A stretch of DNA of 63,021 bases, filler included. It is 7 parts of 7 records of this genome, joined end to end, with 100 filler letters (N's around TTAATTAATTAA, not from the genome) between each part and the next. Parts side by side here need not be neighbours in the genome. Positions count along the whole stretch, not along the records: positions 28,177 to 35,813 come from SRR20825019_2687; positions 35,914 to 43,467 come from SRR20825019_2688; positions 43,568 to 63,021 come from SRR20825019_2692; 4 more parts are not named here. One strand, written 5' to 3'. Within the stretch, counting starts at the first letter, position 1. Every line of letters starts with the position of its first letter. Position numbers and translations under genes: made by a program. The notes beneath the pieces are model-generated. The model had not been told where the DNA came from and did no database searches. It saw nothing but the letters and a program-made list of their open reading frames with translations. Shown piece after piece: positions 34,862 to 44,837 of this stretch.

Positions 34862-35237
34862 CTTCTTCACCACACGATGCAATCAGTATATAAAATTGTT
34901 TATCACACACACAGAAGATTGACAAAAATGTCATTCACAAATTAATATTGCTACCACTTTGTTTTATTGCTCACAAAATTAACTTTCACAAGTCAACCGT
35001 TGGAAATATTGTATGTTGTCCATTTGACATTTTCATCGCTGTCACCTTTTAAAATTTCTCTTTTTTAATCTTCAAGTATTTTGTTTTCACAACGGAAACG
35101 CGAGACCTACTTCAAACAACACTTTTAAACATATAAGATTTAAACTATAACAATTTATTTTTCGAATTTATATTGAAAATTTTAGCACCAACAAGCTCAT
35201 CACACAAACAAATTTACAAAGACAATCAAACGGGACA

Positions 35238-35813
35238 ATGACGCTATTATTGTACATTGTATCCCGCATACATCAAATCGTCATCGACCCCTGTATGATA
35301 GACGGTGACCCCTACTCCCTCCAAAGCCGGAAACTGTTCGTAATCGCCTTCTCGGCCATCTCCTTCAATGCGTTGTTTCTAGGTGTACCACTTGTTGTTT
35401 TGAACAGTATTTATGACCCGACGGTGGGGGGATACATCGCTGGGGCTACCTACTTCCAAGTAGCCACTACCGCCTCCATCGTACCCTATGTGTACCTCCG
35501 CATCACCAAGACGTTGCCACAGTGGGTACCCGATCTCCAGATCTGGTCAACTATCCCTGTAACCCTTGCATTTAATCTCGTCTCCCATCAGGGGTCTGTG
35601 ATCGTCATTACAGGTACGGTATCGCTAGTGGGTATCATTTTGCAAATACGTGGTTGGTTCGCGATGCTCATGTACAGCATTGGAATCATCATCTTCCACG
35701 CCCTCATCAACGACTTCGCCGACGAGATCCCCATCCTGCATGAAACCTTCTACTCCACCCAAATACTTCCCTGTAAAGCCATTTATTTACTGGGAACGGT
35801 TGTAACACCACTA
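35238..35813 (+). CDS. Multi-pass membrane protein (3' truncated), function unknown
   Basis: Several hydrophobic segments; follows an AT-rich intergenic region. Confidence 0.65.
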
Positions 35814-35913
35814 NNNNNNNNNNNNNNNNNNNNNNNNNNNNNNNNNNNNNNNNNNNNTTAATTAATTAANNNNNNNNNNNNNNNNNNNNNNNNNNNNNNN
35901 NNNNNNNNNNNNN
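35814..35913. other. Artificial contig linker
   Basis: N-run, TTAATTAATTAA, N-run. Confidence 0.99.
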
Positions 35914-37119
35914 GATGTAGCGCAGGAGATCGGCGATCTCGAACTCACGGCCTTTCGGGGCGGCATTGTCGCCATTGGCGATGGCTTCGATCCTGTCACC
36001 ATCAGGCACCACGAGGCCGATCGGCATGTCGGCGGCAATGACCTTCCATGTGGCGCGGGAGTTGGCGAGTTCGCGCTTCAGCCAGCGGATCTGCTCGTCA
36101 CCAAGGAAGCGGGTTTCCTCGCCGGCGGCTTCCTGGAGGCCTTCCGAATTGGCGGCACGGTAGGAGCGCATGTCCAGGAAAAAGACATCGAGCATCGGCC
36201 CGTAGGCGATCTTGCGATAGACGCGGCCGGGCTCTGCCGGGGTGTAGCGGATCGGCGTCATTTCGTGGAAAGCGCGCGCCGCACGCGCCTGCAGCAGCGC
36301 TACCGATTTTTCGGTGTAGCGATCGTCTTCCGAAAGATCCTTGGAGGCCGACCAGTTGTTGACCACTTCATGGTCATCCCACTGGAAGAAGGTCGGGCAG
36401 ACGGCGTTCAGCGCGCGAACGTGATCGTCCATCATGTTGTATTTCCACTGGCCGCGGAACTCGTCCAGCGTTTCGGCGACCTTGCGCTTTTCGTCGATGA
36501 GTACGGTGTTTTTCCAGACACTGCTGTCCTTCAGCGTAACCTCATCTTCCATCGGGCCATCGGCATATATGGTATCGCCCGAGTGGAGGAAGAAATCCGG
36601 GCGGTGCTTCGCCATGGTGGCATAGGTCTTCATGCCGGTCTCGTCGATGCCCCAGCCCTGACCGGCCGTATCGCCGGACCAGGCAAAGCGGATGTCGCGG
36701 CGGGCAGACGGAGCCGTGCGGAACTGGCCGATAATCGGCTCGGAACCAGCCGAGACGTCGTTCAGGTCAACGGCCCTCATCCGGTAGAAAACTTCCTGAT
36801 CGGAAGCGAGGTTTTCGAGCAGCCGCTTTACGGTGAAGTCGCTCTCCGGCAGCGCGTCCATGGTGGGCAGCCGCACGGGACTGGCAAAGCTCTCGGTGGT
36901 TGAAATCTCGAACTCGACCCTTGCCGGTCGATCGGTGCGGGTCCAGATCATGCCGCTTGTCGTATCAACATCACCAGACTGGACGCCGTGTGTGAACACG
37001 GGGCGTGAAGAAGCACGCGAGATGGCGGGCATGGCAAGCCCGCTCACGGCTGTGGCAAGTGCGGTTGCGCCGGTTCCAAGAAGGAATTTGCGGCGGGTAC
37101 TCACTGCAAAGGACGTCAT
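35914..37119 (-). CDS. phoD: Alkaline phosphatase D family protein, Tat-exported (3' truncated)
   Basis: STRRKFL Tat signal, HGVQSGD, HSGDTIYAD, WDDHEV, LDMRSYR. Confidence 0.92.
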
Positions 37120-37171
37120 GACAGTCTCCCTCAATCTGGTTGATTCTCGGGAGGCAATCTGGTGCTTCAAT

Positions 37172-37211
37172 GTTGCAGTGAGTTATCGCTCACATGACAC
37201 ATCCGTGACTG
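37172..37211 (-). promoter_or_regulatory. PHO box array upstream of phoD
   Basis: Minus strand CAGTCAC-GGAT-GTGTCAT-GTGA-GCGATAA-CTCA-CTGCAAC: 11-bp periodic CTGTCAT-like half-sites. Confidence 0.65.
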
Positions 37212-37223
37212 TCAAAAGCTCTC

Positions 37224-39278
37224 TCAGGAAAGCCCCTTCTTCTCCATCATGGCTTCCGGGGTGGGCATGCGGCCGCGGAAGGCCCTGTAAAGATCTTCGG
37301 GATCCGCCGAGCCGCCTGCAGAATAGATGTACCGACGCAGCTTCTCTGCCGTTTCCGGATCGAACGGATCGCCCTTTTCCTCAAAAGCGCGGAAGGCATC
37401 GGCATCGAGAACTTCGGACCACATATATGAATAGTAGCCGGCTGAGTACCCGTCGCCGGCAAAGACATGGAGGAAATGCGGTGTCCGATGGCGCATGGCG
37501 ATGGCATCGGGCATGCCAAGCTTTGCCAGTGTTTCTGCTTCAAAGCGCAGCGGATCGTCCGGGGCCTCGGCCAGACTGTGAAAGGCCATGTCGACCAGTG
37601 CGGATGCGGTGAACTCCACTGTGGCGAAGCCGGCATCGAAAGTGCGGGTAGCGCGCATCTTCTCCACCAGGTCCTGGGGCATGGGTTCGCCGGTCTCGTG
37701 GTGCAAGGCAAACTTGCGCAGCACCCCGGGCACGGTGAACCAGTGCTCGAAGAGCTGTGAGGGTAGTTCCACGAAATCACGCGAGACCGATGTGCCGGAA
37801 ATGGAAGGCCAGGTAACATCGCTCAGGAGACCATGTAGCGCATGACCGAATTCATGAAACAATGTGCGTGCTTCATCCACGGATAGCAGGGCTGGCCGAC
37901 CCTTGGGCGGCTTCGCGAAATTCATCACGTTGTAGTTGATTGGCGATTTGCCTTCACCCAGACGATAGCCGGATTGAAGTGCGCTCATCCATGCGCCGGA
38001 ACGCTTGGACGGGCGATTGAAATAATCGGCCAGGAAAAGACCACGCGTCGTGCCATCGGGATTGCGCACGGCAAATGTGCGCACGTCTTCGTGCCATGCG
38101 GGCACCTCTTTCAACTCCTCGAAGGTGAGGTTGAACAGCCGGTGTGCGACGTCAAACGCAGCCGCAATCACATTGTCGAGCACAAGGTAGGGCTTCAACG
38201 CGGCTTCATCGAAGGCAAAGCGTTCAGCGCGCCTCTTTTCGGCATAGTATCGCCAATCCCAGGGCGCAATGGGCTGGTTCTGTCCTTCCCGAGCGGCGAG
38301 GCGGGCCAGATCCTTCTCATCCTCGGCGGCCTTCTCGCGCGCTTTCTGCCAGACAGGCTGCAACAGATCCTGCACGGCTTCTGGTGACTTGGCCATGGTG
38401 TCGTCAAGTTTCAGCGCGGCATAGGACGCATAGCCAAGCAGCCTGGCTTTCTCGGAGCGTAGCTTCAGGGTTCTGGCGATCACATCCGTATTGTCTGTTT
38501 TTCCGCCGTTCTCGCCCCGCTTCGCAAAGGCTTTGAACACCTTCTCGCGCAGGTCACGCCGTTCCGATGAGGCAAGAAACGGTTCGGCAATGGAGCGTGA
38601 CAGTGTTGCAGCGTAACGTCCTTTTTCGCCGCGTTCTTCCGCAGCTTCGGCCATGGAGCTCTTGAGGGCCTCTGAAAGCCCGTCCAGGTCGCGTTCCTCG
38701 AGAAACAGGGCCCATCCGCTTTCGTCGGCGAGCACGTTTTGCCCAAATTGCGCGCCGAGCCCAGCCAGATCCTCGTTAATCGCTGCAAGGCGGTCCTTTT
38801 TGTTCTGGTCAAGCTGTGCTCCGCCACGCACGAAGCGTTTCCAGGTCTTCTCAAGAACGCGGCTCGTTTCGGTATCGAGACCCAGTGTCTCACGATCCTG
38901 ATAGAGCCGGTCGATGCGGGCGAAAAGCGCCTCGTTCATGAAGATCGCGGAAACGTGCCGGGCCATGCGTGGCGAAATCTCACGCTCCAGCTCCTGGATG
39001 GTTTCATTCGTATGCGCTCCGGCGCGGCACCAGAAAATGGCAGAGACCCTGGAAAGCGCTTCGCCGGCCAACTCCAGTGCCACCAGCGTGTTTGCAATGT
39101 CGGGGGCTTCGGGACTGGAAGCTATTTTGGTGATTTCGGCTTCGTGCGCGGTCAGGGCAGCTTCGAATACGGGGGCAAAAGCCGCGTCGTCGAAAGCGGT
39201 GAAATCCGGCAGGCCGTGCGGGCCTTTCCAACTCGTCAGCGGATGCGTTGCAAGGTCAATGGGAGCGGATTTCTGCAT
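37224..39278 (-). CDS. dcp: Peptidyl-dipeptidase Dcp (M3 metallopeptidase)
   Basis: FHEFGHALH zinc motif, RDFVELPSQ, GYSAGYYSYMWSEVLDAD. Confidence 0.93.
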   Translation of the reverse strand: MQKSAPIDLATHPLTSWKGPHGLPDFTAFDDAAFAPVFEAALTAHEAEITKIASSPEAPDIANTLVALELAGEALSRVSAIFWCRAGAHTNETIQELEREISPRMARHVSAIFMNEALFARIDRLYQDRETLGLDTETSRVLEKTWKRFVRGGAQLDQNKKDRLAAINEDLAGLGAQFGQNVLADESGWALFLEERDLDGLSEALKSSMAEAAEERGEKGRYAATLSRSIAEPFLASSERRDLREKVFKAFAKRGENGGKTDNTDVIARTLKLRSEKARLLGYASYAALKLDDTMAKSPEAVQDLLQPVWQKAREKAAEDEKDLARLAAREGQNQPIAPWDWRYYAEKRRAERFAFDEAALKPYLVLDNVIAAAFDVAHRLFNLTFEELKEVPAWHEDVRTFAVRNPDGTTRGLFLADYFNRPSKRSGAWMSALQSGYRLGEGKSPINYNVMNFAKPPKGRPALLSVDEARTLFHEFGHALHGLLSDVTWPSISGTSVSRDFVELPSQLFEHWFTVPGVLRKFALHHETGEPMPQDLVEKMRATRTFDAGFATVEFTASALVDMAFHSLAEAPDDPLRFEAETLAKLGMPDAIAMRHRTPHFLHVFAGDGYSAGYYSYMWSEVLDADAFRAFEEKGDPFDPETAEKLRRYIYSAGGSADPEDLYRAFRGRMPTPEAMMEKKGLS

Positions 39279-39378
39279 GACGGTTCCGGAACGTTGGAAG
39301 GGAAGCTCTTAGCGATGTAAGCCTTGCTCACCTGCGGCGCAATGGCCGGCGTTGACGGTCATCGATCATGACTGTATG

Positions 39379-39403
39379 TAAGGCTTATATTAAGCTTGCC
39401 TTA
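39379..39403. promoter_or_regulatory. Possible MarR operator
   Basis: TAAGGC...GCCTTA inverted repeat with internal GCTTA-TAT-TAAGC just upstream of marR. Confidence 0.4.
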
Positions 39404-39420
39404 TAATAAGGGGTCCAGTC

Positions 39421-39888
39421 GTGACACATTCTGTCAATCCCGATTCCTTCGGCTTTCTGGTCGCAGATATCCATCGCTTGATCCGCGGTACGATGGACCG
39501 CGCGATAGCGGAAGCCGGTATCGGTGTAACACCTGGTGAGGCGAGAACTCTGGTGCATGCGGCACGCGCGGGGGCTGTTCGGCAGAACGTTCTGGCTGAG
39601 CGCATGGGTGTGGAGGCCATGACGTTGAGCGGTTATCTGGACCGGCTTGAAGCGCGCGCGCTCGTCCGCCGTTTGAATGATCCGAAGGACCGTCGTGCCA
39701 AACTGGTCGAACTCACCGACGCAGCCGACGGCGTTCTGGAAGCAATTGGTGCGGTTGCTGCGGAAATGCGAAAGAAGGCAGCGGGTTCGCTCAGCCAGTC
39801 TGAATGGGAAAGCCTGCTGGAGCAGCTCAAGCTCGTTCGCTCCAATCTCGCTGTGTTCTCTCAGAAGCCGGCGGAGGGACGTTTATGA
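39421..39888 (+). CDS. MarR family transcriptional regulator
   Basis: LAERMGVEAMTLSGYLDRLE...DPKDRRAKLVELT. Confidence 0.93.
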   Translation: MTHSVNPDSFGFLVADIHRLIRGTMDRAIAEAGIGVTPGEARTLVHAARAGAVRQNVLAERMGVEAMTLSGYLDRLEARALVRRLNDPKDRRAKLVELTDAADGVLEAIGAVAAEMRKKAAGSLSQSEWESLLEQLKLVRSNLAVFSQKPAEGRL

Positions 39889-41147
39889 ACCTGCGCGCCG
39901 ATACGTCGGACGAGGTTGTCTCACCACCGCTGATGAGCGAACGGCGCGTCAGCATCATCGGGGCGATGCTGGTGGCGCTCGGACCGATTTCGATGGCGCT
40001 TTTCACGCCAGCCATGCCGCAGATCGTCGAGGCGTTCGGCACCACCGAAGCAGCGGTCAAGATGACCATATCGATTTATTTTGCCGGCTTTGCATTGGCG
40101 CAGCTCTTCTGCGGACCTCTCTCGGATGGGCTGGGGCGCAAGCCGGTCACCTTCGGCTTTATCGGTATCTACGTGGTGGCAAGCTTTGTCGCGTTGATGT
40201 CGCCCAATATCGAGACGCTTATCGCAGCGCGCTTCCTGCAGGGGTTTGGAGCCGCCGTAGGGGTTGCGGTGTCGCGGGCGGTCGTACGGGATCTCTTCAC
40301 GCATGAGAGCTCTGCCCGGATCATGAACCTGATTGGCATCATCCTCGCGATCGGGCCGGCATTTGCTCCGACGCTCGGCGGGCTGACCATGCAGCTGGCG
40401 GGTTGGCATGCGATCTTCGGACTGATGCTTGCAGCAGGCGTTGTGATTTCCCTCGTCATTCATTTCTGCATGCGCGAAACGGTCGAACGCGACCTGTCGC
40501 GGATCAGTCCGAAAGCCCTGATCCATTCCTACGGTCTGTTGCTCCGCAGCGCCTATTTCATGCTTTCAAGCCTGGTCATCGCAGGTGCGGTTGGGGCCCT
40601 CTACACCCAGGCGTCCGTACTGCCCTTCATCCTGATGAGCCGGGTTGGTCTTACCCCGGCTGAATTCGGTATCGGCATGCTCGCGCAGTCGGGCATGTAT
40701 TTCGTGGGTGCGCTCGCGGCGCGTTATCTGATGAGGTCGCTAGGAGCCTACAGGCTCGTGCCTATTGGCCTCGCCGCCATCGGGCTAGGCAGTCTTCTTC
40801 TGATCGTTTCGCTGACCCAGTTCGAGCCCAGCTTTATCGGAGTTATGGGCCCTGTCGGAATCTATGCGTTCGGTATCGCCTTTGTGATGCCGGCGATGAT
40901 GACAGCCGGCCTGGCGCCGTTTCCGCGCATTGCGGGTTCAGCATCGTCGCTCACCGGGTTTTTGCAAATGGGCACCGGGCTTGCCGGAGGCACCATCGCG
41001 GCATTGATCGGCGACCCCGTGCTCGCAATGGTGATTATCATCCCGACGCTTGGAACCGCCGCGATCCTCGCGTGGCTTATCTGGAACAGGCTGCCGGAAC
41101 CGGCATTGGCGACGGCGCTAAGGCCAAGTCCGCCGGGGCCGGTTTAA
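39885..41147 (+). CDS. Bcr/CflA family MFS multidrug efflux transporter
   Basis: GPLSDGLGRKPV motif A, ARFLQGFG, multiple TM segments; ATGA overlap with marR. Confidence 0.92.
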   Translation: MNLRADTSDEVVSPPLMSERRVSIIGAMLVALGPISMALFTPAMPQIVEAFGTTEAAVKMTISIYFAGFALAQLFCGPLSDGLGRKPVTFGFIGIYVVASFVALMSPNIETLIAARFLQGFGAAVGVAVSRAVVRDLFTHESSARIMNLIGIILAIGPAFAPTLGGLTMQLAGWHAIFGLMLAAGVVISLVIHFCMRETVERDLSRISPKALIHSYGLLLRSAYFMLSSLVIAGAVGALYTQASVLPFILMSRVGLTPAEFGIGMLAQSGMYFVGALAARYLMRSLGAYRLVPIGLAAIGLGSLLLIVSLTQFEPSFIGVMGPVGIYAFGIAFVMPAMMTAGLAPFPRIAGSASSLTGFLQMGTGLAGGTIAALIGDPVLAMVIIIPTLGTAAILAWLIWNRLPEPALATALRPSPPGPV

Positions 41148-41156
41148 CAAGGCTCG

Positions 41157-41801
41157 TTAATCAAGCTGCGGCCGCTCGAAATCGCCGGTCTGAGGATTCA
41201 TCACCCACAGCTCGCCGCTTGAAATATCGAACCAGGCACCATGCAGGGAGAGCTTGCCTTTGTCTTCCAGAATTTTAACGCATGGAAAACTACGCAGGTT
41301 CTGCACCTGATAGCGGATGGAAATGCGCTCAAGCGCTGTCTGACGCTCAGACGGAGTCATCAGCTTGTTGCCTGCCACAGCTTCGGCTGCCGGCGCTACA
41401 AGGCCCATCCATTTGCCGATGAAATCGCCGGGCGAAAGCGGCTCAGCCGACGGGTTGAGCGCGGCACCTATACCGCCACAGCGCCCATGACCCATCACAA
41501 CGATGTGTTTCACTTTGAGGCTTTGCACCGCGAATTCGAGCGCTGCCGAAGTGCCGTGATGGTGATCGTCTGGCTCATAGGGCGGTACAAGATTGGCCAC
41601 ATTGCGCACAACGAAAAGTTCACCGGGGCCGCAGTCGAAAATCGTTTCCGGTGCCGCGCGTGAATCGCAGCATGCGATGACCATGGTTTGCGGTGACTGG
41701 CCTTCTTTGGCCAGTTTGCGGTAGCGCTCACTCTCGGAGCTGTATCGGCCCGCCATGAAATTGCGGTAGCCGGAGATAAGGCGTTCTGGAAGGTGCGTCA
41801 T
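41157..41801 (-). CDS. Beta-class carbonic anhydrase
   Basis: ACCDSR, FVVRNVANLV, GHGRCGG zinc ligands. Confidence 0.95.
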   Translation of the reverse strand: MTHLPERLISGYRNFMAGRYSSESERYRKLAKEGQSPQTMVIACCDSRAAPETIFDCGPGELFVVRNVANLVPPYEPDDHHHGTSAALEFAVQSLKVKHIVVMGHGRCGGIGAALNPSAEPLSPGDFIGKWMGLVAPAAEAVAGNKLMTPSERQTALERISIRYQVQNLRSFPCVKILEDKGKLSLHGAWFDISSGELWVMNPQTGDFERPQLD

Positions 41802-41962
41802 GGGTTTTCGAATAGCGAGAAAATGCGTGGCGCGCAATCCGGTTTGATCCGTCTGCAACAGTGCTGTGCACCGTTCTCGAACGCTTAATCGACGCCCGGA
41901 CTTCAAACTTGCAGTAATGACATGGTCCCGTGTTTTCAACTATCCGCGGAACGCTGAAAGCT

Positions 41963-42847
41963 TCAATGTGAAGCGGAAGCGGGTTCTGCGACACGCTCGA
42001 TGTCGATCCTCATTTGTGGTCGTGTCAAAATCTGCCGGTCGGTTTCCAGCATCAGCTCATCCGACCCGCGTTCGATCGCCCTGTTGAGGATTGCGACTAC
42101 CGAGCCTGTGGTTTTGGCGAGAGCTTCTTCCTGGTTCTCGCCGGCGAGCAATCGGGCAAGGTAAAGTGCCGCGGTGAGATCGCCGGTACCGTTTGGAGCT
42201 TTGGGAATGCTGTCATGGGCCGCGCGCAGGACTTCCGTCTTCCCAACCAGCAGATTTGCCAGGCGGTCGGGGCTGCTCGCGGGAGCGGATGTCACCATCA
42301 CTTCGGCAGGGGGTGCCTTTCGGGCGGCATGTATCGCAGAATCGGTACCGTCAATATGGACGCCTGTGAGCCAGGCCAGCTCATAACGGTTTGGCGTGGC
42401 GATATCGGCAAGTGGCAACAGTCTGTCGCGGATGGCTGTAGCCGTTGCCTCAGGCACATACAGGCCGCCCCGGTCTCCAAGCACCGGATCGCAGACGTAG
42501 CGCGCTTCTGGATTGCGGCTTTTCAGGGTTTCCACCAGGCCAGCTATCGCATCCGCCTGTTCGGGACCGCCCAGATAGCCGGATAGAACTGCAGAGACTT
42601 CGCCGAGCCATGGCGCGTTTTCGAGATCGTTCATGAAACGCGCGAACTGGTCGGGTTCAGGGACGATGCGCGTCGCGGGACCGTGGCCCGGGTGCCAGGG
42701 CAGGATGACTGTGGGCACCGCCCAGACGGGAAACCCGAGGGCCTCCAATGTAAAGACGGCGGCACGATTTCCCACGCTGCCGCGCGCTACATGGCTGGAT
42801 ATGACAATAACGGCACGGGTTTCGCGCCGGTGTTCTTCTCTGGTCAT
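41963..42847 (-). CDS. pdxY: Pyridoxal kinase
   Basis: ISSHVARGSVGNRA, LSGYLG, CDPVLGD, TPNRYEL, PNGTGDL. Confidence 0.9.
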   Translation of the reverse strand: MTREEHRRETRAVIVISSHVARGSVGNRAAVFTLEALGFPVWAVPTVILPWHPGHGPATRIVPEPDQFARFMNDLENAPWLGEVSAVLSGYLGGPEQADAIAGLVETLKSRNPEARYVCDPVLGDRGGLYVPEATATAIRDRLLPLADIATPNRYELAWLTGVHIDGTDSAIHAARKAPPAEVMVTSAPASSPDRLANLLVGKTEVLRAAHDSIPKAPNGTGDLTAALYLARLLAGENQEEALAKTTGSVVAILNRAIERGSDELMLETDRQILTRPQMRIDIERVAEPASASH

Positions 42848-42855
42848 GCTGTCAT

Positions 42856-43104
42856 TTACCCGCCGATGATTCCGAAAACGTAAAGGAGGATCCAAAGGAT
42901 GAGGGCGGTCAGGGTGATTACCGCGATGGCTCTGCCGATCCGCGTTCCCCATAGTTCGATTGGATCGTCCTGTACCGCATCCCTTGCCGAAATGTGATCG
43001 CGCGCGCGGGTCATCATGGAGCTGCCTTCGCTTTCACGGCTGACCCGGTCAAGGATCCGCCGCGATTCTGCTTCTGCCTGCTCCACCCGCTTCCGTGCTG
43101 TCAC
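42856..43104 (-). CDS. Small single-TM hypothetical protein
   Basis: ESRRILDRV...DDPIELWGTRIGR followed by a TM helix; start uncertain. Confidence 0.65.
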   Translation of the reverse strand: MTARKRVEQAEAESRRILDRVSRESEGSSMMTRARDHISARDAVQDDPIELWGTRIGRAIAVITLTALILWILLYVFGIIGG

Positions 43105-43231
43105 TTTGCAAAAACCTGATGCCGTTGTTGAGGCACGACCGTACATCAAGGATCCATCGTTCGGAATTGGTTTCCTATCAGTGGACCATGTTCTAATGTC
43201 GAGAGAACCAATTTCCCGGAGGTGCTCCTTC

Positions 43232-43467
43232 ATGTCGATTGCCAAACCGCTCGCCGCCACACCCGTACGCGGCCTTCTTACCCTACTGGGGCTCTGCCTG
43301 ATGCTGCCGTTGCTGTCGGCTTGCGGTTTCAACACCATCCCAACACGCGAGGAGCAGGCAAAAGCGGCCTGGAGTGAAGTGCTGAACCAGTATCAGCGCC
43401 GTGCCGACCTGATCCCCAATCTGGTCGAGACCGTAAAGGGCTATGCCGCTCAGGAACGCGAGGTGCT
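43232..43467 (+). CDS. lemA: LemA family lipoprotein (3' truncated)
   Basis: Lipobox LSAC; AWSEVLNQYQRRADLIPNLVETVKGYA. Confidence 0.93.
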
Positions 43468-43567
43468 NNNNNNNNNNNNNNNNNNNNNNNNNNNNNNNNN
43501 NNNNNNNNNNNTTAATTAATTAANNNNNNNNNNNNNNNNNNNNNNNNNNNNNNNNNNNNNNNNNNNN
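43468..43567. other. Artificial contig linker
   Basis: N-run, TTAATTAATTAA, N-run. Confidence 0.99.
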
Positions 43568-43570
43568 TCA

Positions 43571-43596
43571 GCTACACCACACGCTGGGACACGATC
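43571..43596 (+). mobile_element. IS terminal inverted-repeat-like end (IS256-family-like), left contig edge
   Basis: GCTACACCACACGCTGGGACACGATC; 22/26 identical to the reverse complement of 62996-63021; family call from recollection only. Confidence 0.6.
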
Positions 43597-43698
43597 ATCG
43601 TGGGTCCGCCAATGCGGTCCCATCACAACGCCGATCGCCAAATGCGCATTTGGTCCGACGTCATTCAATACCCTTGCGGACATTTCATGGTCGCACTG

Positions 43699-44673
43699 TC
43701 AGGACATTTCAGCCAGCAGACACGCCGTATCGCCGTCGACGATGAGTGTTTTGACGATGCCACTCTTCAGAAGGGCAAGTGTTGCGTCAGCCTTCTCCAA
43801 ACCACCCGAGAGCAGGACCGTATGGGTCCCGCGCAGCGTTTCGAAATCAACGGCAAGCGTGCGATGATTCAACTCATGATCCACCGGCGTTCCATTCTTG
43901 TTGAAGAAAATGCCGTTCGTGTCGCCGACCGCTCCGGCGGCGTGCAACTCGTCGAGCTCGGCCTGGGAAATCATGCCGGATTGCCGCAGGAGCGAGCGCT
44001 TCGTGAGTTCGCCCACGGAAATGATCGCCAGATCGGGCTGACGCGCCATGTTCAGCACGGATTGCACAGTGGTTTGAGACAATAGCACGTCGCGGTCGCG
44101 CGGGGTGTTGGCAATGAAAGGCACCGCGAGGAAATAGCCCTCTGCGCCGGTGGCGCGGGCGAGCGCCTGCACCACTTCAAAAGGATTGAACGCGCTGTTG
44201 GCGGTCAGAGATCCCATCAGGCTGACAAACCGCGCATGCGGCGCACTGACGCCTGCCAGATTGCGGGTGATCTGGTCCAGCGTTCGTCCCCATCCCGTGC
44301 CGATTATCGCTTTGGGATGGCGATGAAGATACTCGCGCAGAAGCCTGGCGGCGAGCGAGCCAACGGCCCGGCGCGGATAGTCCACGAAATGTCCGGGCAA
44401 TGCATCGCTGCCGGAAAGACCAAGCGTTGGCGAACAGATGCAGCGTTCAAGCGCGAATCGCTGCCGGAGCTTGTTTTCGATCTGCAGAAGGCCGGTGCTC
44501 CCGGGATCGATCGAAATTGAGACAATGCCTGCGTCCTTGGCTTCCTGCAGCAGCTTGTTGACGCGGGCGCGAGTCGTGCCAAGGCGGCTGGCCGTCTCTT
44601 CCTGGTTGAGCCCGCCGACATAGTAGAGCCACGCTGCACGGCCCATCAGTTCGTAATCATCATTGTCCTTCAT
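43699..44673 (-). CDS. SorC/DeoR-family (LsrR/CggR-like) sugar-phosphate-binding repressor
   Basis: RAAWLYYVGGLNQEETASRLGTTRARVNKLL HTH; GTGWGRTL; GAVGD; LIVDGDTA. Confidence 0.93.
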   Translation of the reverse strand: MKDNDDYELMGRAAWLYYVGGLNQEETASRLGTTRARVNKLLQEAKDAGIVSISIDPGSTGLLQIENKLRQRFALERCICSPTLGLSGSDALPGHFVDYPRRAVGSLAARLLREYLHRHPKAIIGTGWGRTLDQITRNLAGVSAPHARFVSLMGSLTANSAFNPFEVVQALARATGAEGYFLAVPFIANTPRDRDVLLSQTTVQSVLNMARQPDLAIISVGELTKRSLLRQSGMISQAELDELHAAGAVGDTNGIFFNKNGTPVDHELNHRTLAVDFETLRGTHTVLLSGGLEKADATLALLKSGIVKTLIVDGDTACLLAEMS

Positions 44674-44725
44674 GCTTCGCTTTTAGCCGTTGTCTCCAAC
44701 TCTGACAATCGAATGAATGGCCAAT

Positions 44726-44760
44726 AATTACATTTGTATCGAAGCTTGACAAAAGTAATT
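44726..44760. promoter_or_regulatory. Probable operator overlapping the -35 (TTGACA) of the catabolic operon
   Basis: AATTACATTTGT-N11-ACAAAAGTAATT inverted repeat (11/12 match) containing TTGACA at 44746-44751. Confidence 0.65.
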
Positions 44761-44837
44761 CAGAGACGCAAACTTGCCAGGTGGACGCGGTTAGGAGGAC
44801 TGCGCACACGTCAATTCCGAAGAGGAGGGAATAGAAT

